DNA of 52,819 nt from NCBI GenBank assembly GCA_013115125.1, contig JABANN010000210.1:1-52819 (forward strand), written 5' to 3'. Below, piece after piece: positions 1-13,433 of the stretch. The DNA comes from Perkinsus olseni (taxonomy: Eukaryota). The stretch's first letter is position 1. The number at the start of each line of letters is the position of its first letter. A program made the translations under genes and the position numbers. The notes beneath the pieces were generated by a model. It was given only the letters and a program-made list of their open reading frames with translations. It was not told where the DNA came from and searched no databases.

Positions 1-390
1 AAGATGCAGATGAAGTCGGTCGAAGCCTTAGAGCAGGAAGACGTGATGACTAATTCATGTATTGCTCGTTATTTAATAACGGTTATTAAGGAACGTTTCA
101 ATCTGAGACCCGAAGATGCAGGTTTTCCCCCAAGTCCAATACCAGCACAACTTCCTACGCCGATTGCTGTCAACCAGCACCTACATAGAGGAGAAGGGAT
201 GCAGCCCGCCGGGCTTCAGCTCAGCCATGTGAGTTTTTATCCGAAAAATTTCCGAAGATTTCGCGAGGGGACAATTCTAGCCGCACTTCTGCGCGATGTT
301 GTTAACTGCGGCAGTTAAACTGCCGTTTTTCATTCCAGTACATAGCGAAGAAGTTCCTTTTCTGGCGTGTCGAAGGGCCGTAACTATTGC
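1..390. repeat. Dispersed repeat, probably TE-derived; 1-95 matches ~7955-8035 and 104-390 matches ~10904-11185
   Basis: Direct similarity, e.g. gaagtcggtcgaagcctt..gaagacgtgatgactaattca and ccaataccagcaca..gggcttcagctcagcc..ccgaaaaatttccgaagattt are shared. This copy carries two extra 14-bp scars (67-88, 303-324). Confidence 0.85.
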
Positions 391-450
391 AAGTTACTAT
401 TGTTAGTTGCAGATTTTCAGCACAGTTTTGAGATTGACGTGTCACGCCGC

Positions 451-652
451 CGCGATGGCATGTGAAAAAAATTCGGTGGATGAAAAACACCTGGGCGAAA
501 AGATACTGGATGAAATAGAACTGGGTGAAATGAGAATTTGCATTTTTGGGCTCTCTTTGATGGATGAAATGAGCCGGATGAACTTGCACTGGATGGAATG
601 GCCGCGGGGGAGATAAGGATGGATGAAATTATACCGGATGAGATGGGTAACA
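451..652 (-). mobile_element. 202-bp transposon-end-like repeat, copy A; terminus ...GGGTAACA at 652
   Basis: Near-identical reverse complement of 4973-5174, with many internal GGATGA(A) motifs. The TGTTA terminus fits the TGTNR ends of Ginger-type DNA transposons (family call is inference). Confidence 0.7.
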
Positions 653-1218
653 TACCACAACCAATGAACCTTCGAGCTCACCTCTTCCCCGATGACTCAC
701 TGGGAAACTGCATCCCTAAGATCGCATCAGAGAAGAGAAAGATTCTCTATCTCAGCGATAGAGATAACAAGCGCATCATTCGCGTTGACTTAGACAACTG
801 GAAGGCTTTCCGCTCGCCACCCATGCGGGGGCTGCCTCTGGTCTCCTATGAGTTTACAGTCCTCGACGGGTTGGTCTTCATTGTGAACATGTTAGGCAGC
901 AGCCTACTATGCTGGGACAGCTATGTTGGACCATCTACAGAGTGGGTGTTGATAACAAGGAGCATCCCAAGGCTTCGCGGGCTCTCTTAGGGTCTGCAAG
1001 GAAGATGCCTTTATGTCAGCAGCGCCCTCGATGAGTATCTCTATCGGGTGGTACTGTATGAAGGGTTCAAAGTGGAGAAGATATGTTACGTCGGTCGAGC
1101 CCAACAGCTGCGCTACAGTCCTCGTAGAGGCCTAGTCGCCCTAGTCAATACATATTTTAATAGAGTTGAGACGTGGCAGGAGACTTGCTGGGTCACGTCT
1201 ACTCGGCAGAGTGCCTAA
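653..1218 (+). pseudogene. 5'-truncated copy of the 321-aa F-box-like/beta-propeller gene
   Basis: Translation matches the C-terminal ~60% of 15617-16582 (PQPMNLRAHLF...TSTRQSA*). In-frame TAG at 988-990; the 5' part is replaced by the 451-652 repeat. Confidence 0.85.
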
Positions 1219-1628
1219 CGTCTTTTGTGTCAACATTTCTGGTACTGTTCTTCGTATTATCGTGTCCTAATGCACTCTGTCATTTTCCGATGGAAAAACC
1301 TGTTGAGTTACGATGTCTCATACATCGATGAGGAGTACGGATGTCGAAGCACTCGAATGGCAAACAGAGGAATGCACCAACTGGACTCTGTGAAGCTCAA
1401 GCCTTCGGGAATATGAGAGGCGCGTTATACATAGTTGTATGCAGATAGAATGTCAAGATTCCGCTACCCATCGGCCGCTCGTTGAGCGGCCTCGAGTTCC
1501 CAATGGTTTATAGTATCCCATGACATTCAGCACAACAACAGTATCACAATACATGAACATCGACAACATAACATGGCGATTCACGCGGTTCATACCTCTA
1601 CCACGGCTACTCATACCACGACTTTAAC

Positions 1629-2437
1629 TTATTTATACCCCTCATATTTGTCTAACCCCGGGTCAAGCATGAACTGGTAGAGCCACGGCATTCTTCCTTC
1701 GTTCTTAAACGGACCGCAAGGGTTATTTTCGATGTATTCGGCGACCTTTGAGCAAGTCTCCTCCGTCACACCAGCTTCAAGTATTGCTTCAACGGGCTCG
1801 AACAGAGAGGAGAGAGGATACTTTGCAGCCAGCTCTTTGCTGATATCGTACTTCTTCGTTGCCTCCGAGATCGCCGCTCCTCTTCCTTCGAGAGGCCATT
1901 CATTGTAATGGTAGGTGGAAAATTGGATTTCATTGGAGTCCCTGAGATACACGGCAATTGGTTGGTGAAAGGGACCGCACATGAGCACCTAAAGAAGCTC
2001 ATGAAGGAGTCTCACCTGTAAGTAATCTCTTGTCTAAAACTTCCATCCTTGTCCTCGCCCGGCTTTTCGACCTTTATCGTGTTTGAATCCTCGGTCGATA
2101 TCTCAACTTCCACGCTCAAGCCCTCGTATTCAATAGTGCAGGTGTCGATGCTGCCGGTGACTTCTGTGTGAGCACACAAATGCATTTCCACAACGTCCGA
2201 ATAGACACTAATATTCGGTCTGAGCAAGCTGACCTGAAGACACGTCACGTGAGTCTCATACCGCTCGACCACAATAGTAGGGTGGCCCTACTAGAGCCTG
2301 GGTTCTTGCACGTCTCTTACTCTTTTTCTCTTAGCTTGGGAGGGGTGAGCCTTCAAAGCCGTTACCGAGACCATAACCGATATGAATGGCAAAAGGCGAT
2401 GAGGGGAGAAAGCGACGGCCATGGCCGCGGCCATTGC
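1629..2437 (-). CDS. Multi-exon hypothetical secreted protein, possibly disrupted
   Basis: Signal-peptide-like exon (LLPFISVMVSVTALKA), then a GTAAGA..TAG intron and protein-like ORFs 2012-2272 and 1629-1988 separated by GTGAGA..TTTAG. That last junction does not obviously keep frame. 5' remnants recur at ~17100-17240 and ~43930-44045. Confidence 0.5.
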
Positions 2438-4307
2438 GCAGGAACGATCAGTAGAGAAAATCGCAACTGGAGAAAACGGAACCAGTGTCTTCAACAGTGG
2501 GCTTGACGAGGAGCCTCCTCCGAGGGGGTTCAGAGGAGATTAGCTGAAGGAAGCTCCAAATCCATGAGAACGTCATCGAAGCCTGTCGAAGAAAGTCTTG
2601 TGGCAGTGAGACCGTGATCTGTGCTGCGTTCGTTGTAATTTAGGCCGTCGATTGTCGCTGACAGCACCGAGGCCTAACTTCTCCCCCAACCTCAGCAGCC
2701 GGCGACCCTGTGTATTGGGCTGACTATGTCCTCATACGGTTCCTTTAACAACCAGGAGTGTTACCACCAGGGATGCAGTCGATGCGCTATGCGTCGGAGA
2801 CGGCACCACAAGGCCGAAGATCGGCACTACCTCACCGCACTTGAGTCCTACAGTAACACGGGAAGAATTCAATCTGAGAGCCGCAGACCTTGAAGGATGC
2901 TCGTTGGATGATTCCACGCCCTCCCGGCGAGAGCTACAGCCTGTAGAGCTAGCGAGAGGCTCCTGCTTGCTGTAGAGCTAGTACAGACATTCATATTGGT
3001 AAGTAGCGGTAACGGAAATCAAAGACAGATGCACGAGGCGACAGCGGAAAAAATTAGGGCTCGAAAGAGCCCGAAGGAGGGGAAAGCTGGAAGACCGCGA
3101 GAGCGCCCGAAGGCTCGCAAGAAGGCAAGAATGTCATACCAGTAGTGGAGCAACACCATCAGTATCAGCATCGTCAGCACCAATGATGGTGCTGAACCAT
3201 TGGTTCATCATTATGTTGCCATCTGACCCAGGGTCCCTCAGGAGCTGTGGGAATTACCTCAAGAGTCTCTTAGCGTAACCTTCATACCTCCTGAGCGGCG
3301 AGACAATGCGAATATTATCATAAGATGGGTATCACCGAGTCCATTTAGGTAGTTTCGAAAATACAGGGGAGAAGGAAATTTTCCAAGAAAGCATCTTCAG
3401 GGGTCTGCTAGCCCTGGGAAACAGTTCGGGGATTTGCCTGCTTCCTCGGGTTCCGAGAGGGGCTACCGCTTTGCCCGTTCCTCCCGCAATACAGAGATCT
3501 CCCGTGTTGCATTTCGCTGACTGTCACGCGCGGGCGGTCTGACGCTTATGGGAGTACTCATGCCCCCCCCCACGCCGCAATATATACTGTACATGAGCCT
3601 ATAGCTCGGCCCCCCTTCCTTTTTTATGACGCCTCGTTATGCGGCACGCGTCACGGTGGCACGTGCTTTAAGCACGGTGCTTAAGAAGCGGTTGACAGAC
3701 GAGACGGATGGTTCATGAAATGCACAGTCTTTTCCATAACTCGTATTAGCTCAACTAGCCCTTTCCTATCATCTTCCGATGGACGCTCAGTCCTGTAATG
3801 TAAGCGGTGCTATTCCGGCACCCACTACTCGCGATGGGGTTGAGTTACAAGCGGTGAACGGAAGGTTTGAGGTTCTGCCCTTCTCCCTTTGATTTTGTCT
3901 GATACCCTACACGAAACCTGTGTAGTGTAGAGTGGTGCAAACATTGGTCCGTGACGCGCTCGCCCAGGTGGCTAGTGACTCCTAGCTATACCTTAGCTCC
4001 TACTGACATAGTCTGTATTCTGTCGTCGCCTGCCCGTTGTAGGGATCAGCGGGGTCAGTCATTGTACGTGTGTATCTGTTAGTTTGGTGAACGTGCTGGC
4101 TCAATTTGCCCACCCTCTGCCACCCGGGTAGTTTTACTGTCTGCATCTGGACGTGCAATCCACAGCTGTCGGTGGATGGCAGTCCGATGGCCCAGATTTG
4201 ATCGGCAAGGCGGGACGAGTCGAGTTGACGAGGTTTGCACTTCACTCAATCATTCGACGCCCTATAAGGAGCGAGAGCAGTTCACGGTGAAGTTCATCCC
4301 CATTAAG

Positions 4308-4972
4308 ATGTCGCCGGCCAAGTCCATCATTATCACTACTGCAGCGGCAATGGTTGTCAATTTAGCTCCTCTCGGTGAGGCAATTGAGGCGGCCGCGTCG
4401 GTGAACCCCCTCCATCTTGAAGAAGTAACCCGCTTCTCTGAGCAGTCCCTTCTTCACAGCGAGGGGGACTTTCTTTAAGAATCCTTCAGGACTTCCCTTC
4501 ACTGCTCGACATGAGCCTCAGGACCGACGGAGATGGTGTGACTTGTTACTACAGCAACGAGAAGACCATGGATGAAGACCCAAAATCATTGAATTTTCGC
4601 CTTGAGCGGAGCACCGAAGACAAGCGAAGACAGACTTTATAACCTGTCCTAAGGGGCAGAAACATTACGGATTCCGAATAGAATTGTAAGTCATCTCCCT
4701 GTCCTTTTGGTTCCTTTCTTATTGATCTCTCTGTGTTGTAGTGGCTTCGATTCCAACGTTCTCAAGAGCTTCTACAGCAACTTCCCACAATTCAACTACC
4801 GCGAAGCAAAACAGCTCTACAAGTTTGAGGATCCTCCGGAACCAACTGATGTGGATCCGTTCCGGAATATCAGTGGGTCAACTTGCAGCCGCGTATTGGA
4901 AGGCGTGAGCTCAGCTGCGAAAGGAATGGATAAACCAGGCGGAAGCTCGGACGGATGGATAACTCAGGACGG
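4308..4972 (+). pseudogene. 3'-truncated paralog of the secreted gene at 18356-19295
   Basis: MSPAKSIIITTAAAMVVNLAPLGEA... and GFDSNVLKSFYSNFP...WITQD match the paralog; cut at 4972 by the TGTTACCC repeat. Confidence 0.75.
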
Positions 4973-5174
4973 TGTTACCCATCTCATCCGGTATAATTTC
5001 ATCCACCCTTATCTCCCCCGCGGCCATTCCATCCAGTGCAAGTTCATCCGGCTCATTTCATCCATCAAAGAGAGCCCAAAAATGCAAATTCTCATTTCAC
5101 CCAGTTCTATTTCATCCAGTATCTTTTCGCCCAGGTGTTTTTCATCCACCGAATTTTTTTCACATGTCATCGCG
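4973..5174 (+). mobile_element. 202-bp transposon-end-like repeat, copy B; starts TGTTACCC
   Basis: Inverted copy of 451-652 with TCATCC motif arrays; truncates a gene on each side. Confidence 0.7.
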
Positions 5175-5177
5175 AAG

Positions 5178-5722
5178 CGGCTTCTGCTATCAGCCCGGAC
5201 GCTTCCCTCGAGCCTGTGAAGTGCACCGACTATCCACTTACGACTTGCCAAGACGTTTGCGACCGTCTCGTCGGGTGCAAGGACTCTGCGTGAACCTCCT
5301 ACTGCAAATCGTGGCAAGACCCTCCTATTTGCTTCGGCATACTGAAGATGTATGATGGGAGTCTGTGCCATCAGTCGGACCCCAACTGTACCGGTGAGCC
5401 TTTCGAGTGTCACTTCGCCATGGGTCCGGTCCAACCGACAGTCCCCAACAAGCCCTCGACCATGCCTCTCCTCCCTGTGTATAACAGGACTACTCCCGCC
5501 AAGGCAATGCCTGGCGGAAGCCCGGGACAAGGTCAACCCTCCATGCCTCCAGTCAGTGGCTACTCGACCGTCAAGATTGAGCCCGCTGTTGCTAATATCT
5601 ACGTGCCAACTGCTGCTGCCGGTACTGGCGCTCCGACTTGGACGACCGCGAGTGCCTCTAATGTGACCAACACTACCGCGGCGCCAGGAGGTGGCTTCTT
5701 CAGCTGGTTCGGCTTCCGTTGA
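5178..5722 (+). pseudogene. Cys-rich secreted-family paralog with Pro/Thr-rich tail; 5'-truncated, premature stop
   Basis: ...LEPVKC..TCQDVCDRLVGCKDSA*TSYCKSWQDPPICFGILKMYDGSLC... aligns with TCQDVCNEMPQCRDSKWGSYCKTWQKPQVCFGII. TGA at 5291-5293 replaces a Trp codon. Confidence 0.8.
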
Positions 5723-6084
5723 AACCCTCATTGTGATAAGGTCTCATTTTTTACAAGCATCGGTATGTCACAAAATATTTCATCTCTTATAATCTGATAG
5801 AGATGTTGTGATGCCTTCTATTTCTTTGTGTGTTCGTGGATGGGAATAGTTTCTTTACGTATCTTCCACTTCGTGTTGAGTTCTTCTGTCGGTGGGAAAA
5901 TGTAGGCGGCTTTTGCGGGAGATTATTCCTCCACTTCAAAACAAAACAAATACGATTGTCGAGAAACTTTGGTTGAAACAGTCCTGTCGCGAAATGTGAC
6001 AACTATGATGAAAAAACCAGTAAGAGTATCATTGTCGGGTACAAAAACTATCTCGTTTGACGGTATGCAGTGTGAAAGCTCCGC

Positions 6085-7295
6085 CTAGGGCCTCGCATGC
6101 TTGTAACTCGCCCAGGAGTGTAACCTTCCCCATGCCCAGAATGCCGGGGTGAATGAGGCTTCTCGGGACATAGGGAATCTGAACTCTTGATCACCCTGCC
6201 TAAGCTGCCATAGCAAGGGACTCTTACCAACGTCGATCTCTCTTCTCCCGTCAGCAAGACCGTCGTCACTGGCATCGGTCACTATGCACAGCTCGTGCTT
6301 CATCCCGCCCTTGCCGCTGTGCTTCGGCCGCCTCACACCCAGCACGCACAGCAGCGGCGGCCCTTCCGGGGTCGGTATCTGAGGAAAAATTTCAACCCAC
6401 GAGTCAGCACTCCAATTTCGATGGCCATACCGAAGGAAGATCTTCCACAAGTGATCTCTTAGCAGGCTGACTAACAGCAGTGACCTGCCGCTGCAGCCCC
6501 GCCAGCTGAACTACGGGAGTGAAAGTTGATGACAAGTCGTACACCGAAACCTGAGAGAACGCACACACTCAACGCTCCGACTCGGAGCCTCCGAGAACGC
6601 CGGGAAAACGAGGACCTCTTACAAAACCGCTCTCGTCTGTGAAGCACCATGCAGTGAATGTGGATGCCGAGAAGGCGACGTGTGAGCAGGGAAGTCCATG
6701 GCCGCCGAGACCCGTGACTGAGGGAATACGCATGAACTACAGCTTAGTAGTGTGGCTATTCGAGACGGGGTTCAAAGATACCGACTCGACGAGAGTTGAT
6801 CCCTAATGAGAATCTATGGCGTACTCATGCACGGCGCGTGATGATATGAGATACCGGTAGGTAATAAGCAGCAGAGACAGCAGGTTGCCACTGTGGGGCA
6901 CCAGAAGGCATTGCTGGTCGGAAAGGGGCACCTACCCAATGGGCTGCCTGGCCGCCGTACGTCGAAGAGGGTAGCGCTATCTGACGCCGTCCCCACTGCC
7001 ACTATGTGGCCTTTCTGGGCGATGGTGCGCGGCATTGGGGGCGCCGATAGTGTACCGATGACCATTGACCTCTCTGAGGAGCGAGGAATATAGCATGGGA
7101 ACGACCCCGGTTCGAACCCCAGCACCTCCTATTCGGGCATCCCAAGCGGCCACTGCGGAGTCTCCCGTAGTACCGACTAAGAACGCAGGGGTGGTAACAC
7201 GATCGAGAGCAACGAGGCCTCCGCTTTCCCATGGCAGGTCCCATGAAGCCATTAACTACGATAAAATTGGTATGAGCAGCTGCACGCATGCACAA
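6085..7295 (-). CDS. Fragments of a possible WD40-like multi-exon gene or pseudogene
   Basis: Peptides FLVGTTGDSAVAAWDAR and IVAVGTASDSATLFDVRRP resemble WD40 repeat ends; exon structure not resolved. Confidence 0.35.
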
Positions 7296-9606
7296 GCACG
7301 GTTAACCTCTCTTGTCTCGAGGTCGAAGACATCCATGCTCCCCAAGCACTGCGGGAAGCACCCCGGCAGACCAGAACTCCGTCCGACGACCACTTGACGA
7401 TCCGGTATGTCCATCGACAGGCCGGCCAGCCAGGAGCTTCTCTCCTGATGAGGAACTCAGTGGGCGAAGGGAGTCCTCAGCATTCTCAGCACCTCCCGAC
7501 AGCCCGATCACTACTTGTCAAGTATCTCTTACTCACTATGGCATTACACAAGTACGAAAGATACTCGATGATGGGACCACTACGTAAAAGGAGGCCCTCG
7601 AGTTACCCGGTGCTCCGTTCGACCGAGGGGAACCCTTCCCAGTAGGTCCAGATTCGGGTCATGGAGGTCTCGCCAGAACAGCGCACCATCCCCTGACCGA
7701 CAAGGTGACCCGACACGATCGGTTAAGAGTGGTACCAGCATGAATGAGGAGGTCCTGGGCGGAGGATGAGTTCATCGGCGGTATGTCCAACAGCTCACAC
7801 TGCCTCTTGCACGGCTTCGACGTCGACGCCGCACGCTTACCTGCTCCGGTACGGAATCGTTACGGATGCAGAAAATACAGTCCTAAGCACGCATGCTTCG
7901 ACGGAGGAAGTGTCCGAGAACTTGCGACTGGGGCGATGACCGCGAGGATGGAGAAAGATGCTGAAGAAGTCGGTCGAAGCCTTGGTGCGGAAGACGTGAT
8001 GACTAATTCATTTATTGCTCGTTATGAAGGACAGTTTTAATCGAGCACGCATCCGTTATGAAACCGGTTGGCAATGTAATTGTAGCATAAATTGGAGTAC
8101 AGCTATCCCACCTCCGTCTATCTGGAAGACGTGTATCTCAGAGTTCCCCACCGTACAAGCTACGATAGACTCGCTGTGGCGGATGCAGCCGATGCCTTCA
8201 CTCAATGGACTGATCACCAAGGACTGCGGTGACCCTACCCGAGGCCCAGCCTAGTACCTCTCAAAGCTGCCGCTCTTGCCCAAGTTGATTGCCATCGTTC
8301 GGGTTGGCCGGGGCTGGCCAGTGGCAGAGAGGGCGATGAAGCCTTCGCTGGAGCTTCCGCCACTCCCCAGGGGCAGCAGCTCCCCTCCATCTGGCGGGTG
8401 GGGATCATTCTGACCGCTTGCTGAGAGCGAGCACACCATTCTCTGGGCAGGGGAGATAATTTCGGTTGTTCCACCATTTCTCGAACGTGTTACTGGATGG
8501 CGTTCCCCTCGCCTTCAAATCGCTTCTACGAATCAGAGAGTCATCAGAGAGACGATCAAAGACGAACCCTCGAACCAAGCCGTAGAGGTACCGTAGTGAA
8601 ACGGTCACTTTTTCGTATGACTGAGGGCCGCCATCGTTGCCTCACTTGCAGTCTTCCTCGATCCTCTATAATGGTCCATAACCGCTCCCACCGCTACAGC
8701 ATGAGCAAAGACGGTCGCCTTCGTGAGGTCCCTGAACTGCGAGGAGGAGGAGAGCGTAGAAGACTCGACCCAACCTTCAGCGGACGAGCGTCAACCAAGT
8801 TCCACATTCCTTCCAGCTTGGGTTGCGAATTTCCGCCCAGTTACGGAAGCTACGTATGCAACTTGCCGCAGATCGCGAATTATTCCCTCCGAGAAATTGA
8901 GATTCAATCGCGATAGTCTCTCCAGGCTACCACCACCAGCGCGGCCGTGCTCACTCGTTGCAGCTCCCAAGGTATCGTCCCCATCGTTGGTGCGGTGCTT
9001 CCCCCTCGCTGATCGGCCTGGTCAGTCGGCCAGAATCTCTCCATCATAATCATCATGACGCGAGGGTCCAGCATGCCGCTACCTGAGCACTGTTATGAGC
9101 TGATCAGCCTCCAGGCGTGGCGGTGGAGAGACGCTCTCGGTGTTGAGATCCACTCTAGCTCATCCGGCAGATAATTGAACTTCGTACGGGATCTATGATC
9201 ATTGCCTCGGTGTTTCTCGCGTCTTGCTTCTCTTCATGCACGTTTGCGAACAAATCGGACGTTTTTACCCGGGCTAAAACGACGTCAGCCTCCCGTCCGA
9301 TGCAGCATGATCAGTTTAGCGTGTTCCTCAAGCCTCCTAAGCCCTCGCGAGGCCATGGCCTTCTCCACTAGAGATGCCCTTTTGGTCGCTATGAGGGTTT
9401 ACACGACAGCACGATATTTTTTATGCTACCACCGCGTTATCAACCACATTTTCTACTCGAATCGCCTCCCTCTGTAATAAGGATCCACATCCATTCGACC
9501 CGCGTGGGTGCGTTGATCGTACCCTCCCTAGTCGAATGAATACCGATTGGGGTGGTATGAGCATTTCAGAACGCCCTACCTCCGCCTTCCCCTCCCTCAT
9601 TTTCCT

Positions 9607-10628
9607 TCATGCCGGTGTATCTACGAACAGGAACTTCAAAAGCATGGTGAAGCTTCGCGCTTCGGCATTAACATGGCTCGGACAGGGTACCCAGGAATGA
9701 AATATGTGTTTCGAAACGTGTGGTAGTCGAACGATGATCGATCTACCCGGTAGCCGGTACCCACGCGCAGACAAAAGCTGCGAAGCCTTGTAAACTATGC
9801 CCTCTCGTGACTTCGTACGCGTGAACATTACATTACTCCGCACCCCACCCTCCCCCTGTGACGATAGTGCGAAGAGATGCCTCGCCCTGGTCTTTCTCAC
9901 TTAGAGCTTGCCAGGGCCACTGCGGTATGCAGGACCTCCACAGGGCTCAAGAAGGACATTATCGTCACCCAGGCATCGGGGCACATAGCCGCCATAGCAC
10001 ACTCCAACGTAGTCGCGACTTGGGATGCCGCTACGTTGGCGCTGCTGAGGTAGGACCGGGAGGACAGGGAAGGGGGACCTGAGGTGATGAAGTCGCCGGT
10101 GGACATGGCCTGACTACAGGCAACGTTTTGTACTGTTCCCCACTCATCGAAGATTGCCAGCTCAGTTGGAGGCCACTTCCACATACTGGAAAGCGGTACT
10201 TATAATTCCCCGAACAAGCGTAGTTACAAAAGCGTGCTAAGGATGGCCGCACCAGTAAAGTCTCCTCATCCCAGTGCTCGAATCCAGCCATTACGTCCGT
10301 TGGGGCACTCCGGCGTCACAGAGCTTCCCATTCTCGCATCCCTCATGTGCGGCTGTCGACGAGCTTCTCGCCGCGACGTGAACAATGTGGTGAAGTCACT
10401 CCACAGGGCCGCGCTGGACTCTCCTGATCGGTGGTGATCGGAGAGGACCTCTACTGGTCCGTGCACTACTACCGCCGTCGCGCGCCCAAACAATCTTCTT
10501 ATCATACTCCACAAAACTGATACTCGGCGAGTCCTCTGCGCTGCTCGTAAAATACTCACCCAGAGGGCGCCTGAGACCGAGGCGGCCGATAAAAAGACGT
10601 TGACGCTGGGAATGTAGCATAAAATCAC
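9607..10628 (-). CDS. F-box-like hypothetical gene (interrupted by introns or frameshifts)
   Basis: F-box-like segments CPDAWVTIMSFLSPVEVLHTAVAL and ILCYIPSVNVFLSAASVSGALW lie in different frames. Confidence 0.35.
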
Positions 10629-12630
10629 CTCTCCAGCGCGGTCATCGACCCTCCGCTTTTTGGTAGTACAGTAGCGTCACCCAGTATGGCCAATCTCAGC
10701 TTGGAGTGATCGTATCTCACGCATCGAGGATCGAATCTTTCACGCAATCCCCGCTGCATAGTTATTTTCTATGAGTGTGACGGCGGTGGCGAAATACGAG
10801 TGAATGAAGCGCCGGGTGAATCTTCGACGTTCTGGGCGAATTTTGGTACGTCTTAAATCACTGGACGAAAAATCAATGCAAGATCAAGTAGCACTACTTG
10901 CATCGAGACCCGTAAAGGCAGGGCCTCCCCCAGGTCCAATACCAGCACAGCTTCTTACGCCGGTTGTTGTCAACCAGCACCTACATATAGGAGGGATGCA
11001 GCCTGCCGGGCTTCAGCTCAGCCGTGTGAGTTTTTTCCGAAAAATTTCCGAAGATTTCACCGGGGGCACTTCTAGCCGCACTTCTGCACGATGCTGTTAA
11101 CTGCCGTTATCCATTCCAGTAGATGGCGAAGAAGTTCCATTTCTGGCGTGTCGAAGGGCGGTTCGGGAGTAGTACGTAACTATTGTAACGACGATGACCA
11201 GTACACGCCGCCGAGCTCCCTCAGTGGTTCGTCAAGGCTTCAAGACCCGCCCCACCGGCGAGCAGCGTTTCCACTACATCCTGGTCACGCGACTTCTCTT
11301 CTCGCACTTCTGGATGAGAAAGATTTCGTACAGATGCTAGTTCGTGAAGATACCATCGAGAGAGTTGTTCTTTCCTATATACAGTTCGGATACGCAGATC
11401 GACAAAAGGCTATCGCCAATAATAATACCACCCGAAAAACGCTTGTCCCCAGCGAGACGAAGCGTAGCTTCCCGCTTCACCTGCTGCCCGCTAACTGGAC
11501 TTTGCCCCAACCTGTGGGGCATCTTTCTTCACTACCGCTCTTCATAGGGTGAGCTGAAGCCCACTGTTAATTATCAACATAAATTAATCATAAATTCCTG
11601 TGAAATACTCTGGCCAGTGATCTTCTAGCATACCGTACTTTATTGAGCGGTGCATCCCCGTTATACTCATCTATCACATATCAAAACAACCACCTCTACT
11701 CGACCCCAAGTGCCCAGCCTGAGCCGCAGTCCCCCGCTCACCGTGAAGCGACTGTGCCGCTGTCCCAGTGAGGCCTCCCTCGCCTTCCCGTAAGATGTGT
11801 CATCGGTCTCAAAGTCGTACTGTATCCTGTTGAGGACGTCACCGATGATGACGTTACCTCCAGCGAGGTCCCTCAGTTCCCGCTTAGTCGGCTGAGTGGT
11901 GTAGTGCTTCGTCTCAAAGGAAGAGACGGCCATGAAAGACAACTGCGTCATGGATTGGACGACGGCTGAGTTCGATAAACCAATTTGGAGACTCAGAACC
12001 GATTCTGGATACCACATTTTACGTGAAAAATCAATTCCAGATTCTGAATCTCAGATTAGGCTTATTGAGTAGGGGAAGTGTACCCCTTGTTGCAAGAGGG
12101 GATACATAAGCATATGAGAAGAGATATATCCTCGCATCAGCACGCATGCACAAAAATGGTGCACGCATGCACAACGAAGGGTGAGTCCTCTGATGCAGTT
12201 TCAGAATAAATTCTGAGCGTCATGATCGGTTTACAGGGAAGCTTCAATCAAAGGCACGTTGACCCTGAACGCTAGGATTACTCAGTCACTCAATTGGATC
12301 ATTCAATGTAAACATTGCTTGGTAGAAGTTGCGTTTATCAGAATAGCAAGTTGCTCAAACATATACAGTACGGAAGAACTTCATATGTCCCACAATCCGA
12401 CCCATTTATGAGGCCGACGCAGATAACGAGGAGAATGAACGTATCCCAGGATATAAATTGCACGTCTCAATGACTGCAACCCGTTGTCATGCACTAACAG
12501 CGACACTGAAGATCCTAACTGACCCATCCTCACTGGTTACGCAACTCCATGTCCTGTAGAGTAGATCACTCTATGATTCGCCCTCGTATCAAAAATAATC
12601 ATCGAAATAGAAACGAAAACAATTGTGATT

Positions 12631-13038
12631 CTAACAGTAATAGGGTTCACCTTCACAGTCATCATCGGTGGGAGCGAAGCAGAGCATGTCGTCGTCCTTC
12701 TTGATAATGCCGAAGCAGACCTGAGGTTTCTGCCAGGTCTTGCAGTACGAGCCCCATTTAGAATCGCGGCACTGAGGCATCTCATTGCAGACATCTTGGC
12801 AAGTAGGCTGAGGCTCCGGGCAGGCGACTGGCTCGAGGGTATAATCATCACAGGAATCCTGCTGAGTCGGCTGGAAGCAGTAACCATCATCCTTATGGTA
12901 GAGGCCGAAGCAGACACCATTGCCCTTGCAGTAGGAACCATACTTCGAGTCAGCACACGCGGCATGACCATCGCAGATATCCTGACAATACTCAGCAGCA
13001 GCCACAATCAGAGTGGTGACAGCGAAGACGAATTTCAT
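12631..13038 (-). CDS. Small secreted Cys-rich protein (135 aa) with two CxxxC..C..SYCK..CFG modules
   Basis: Intact ORF with signal peptide MKFVFAVTTLIVAAA and duplicated Cys module; near-identical paralogs at 47613 and 49918. Confidence 0.9.
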   Translation of the reverse strand: MKFVFAVTTLIVAAAEYCQDICDGHAACADSKYGSYCKGNGVCFGLYHKDDGYCFQPTQQDSCDDYTLEPVACPEPQPTCQDVCNEMPQCRDSKWGSYCKTWQKPQVCFGIIKKDDDMLCFAPTDDDCEGEPYYC

Positions 13039-13433
13039 GAGGATAGAGGTAAAGTCAACTGGCAGAGAGCGTTTAACACACTACGATAAATCGAACTACA
13101 AGTAACTGCTGAGTAGAGATGGTATTGAAGGCGCTTATTAAATCAACTACAAATCACTATCCCATCGCTAGAGGCATCAGCGTAGATTTGAAGTTTGGCC
13201 TGAGCGAATCAAGTGCTCATCGTGAGCTCACATGCTACCAGAAGCTAATTGGGCACTCAACGCAGAGACGAGAAGTTATTCACGTTAGGGAGAGCTCACA
13301 GTTGAATTCATTACTGACTGACTAGGAATGAGAGCAGCCGAAATAATAGGGCAAGCCTATGCCCAATCAGAGTGCTAAGTTTCACTCATCTACGTGGGAC
13401 ACTACGGACATTACGAGAGAGGAGATACGACGC

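Noticed and set aside
407-681. Short ORFs over the GGATGA-rich repeat (also 4972-5355, 5009-5731)
   Set aside because: They run through the non-coding inverted repeat or lie antisense to the Cys-rich pseudogene.
12038-12059. Additional degenerate scar candidates (also 31960-31981)
   Set aside because: Two or more mismatches to the rule; not counted.
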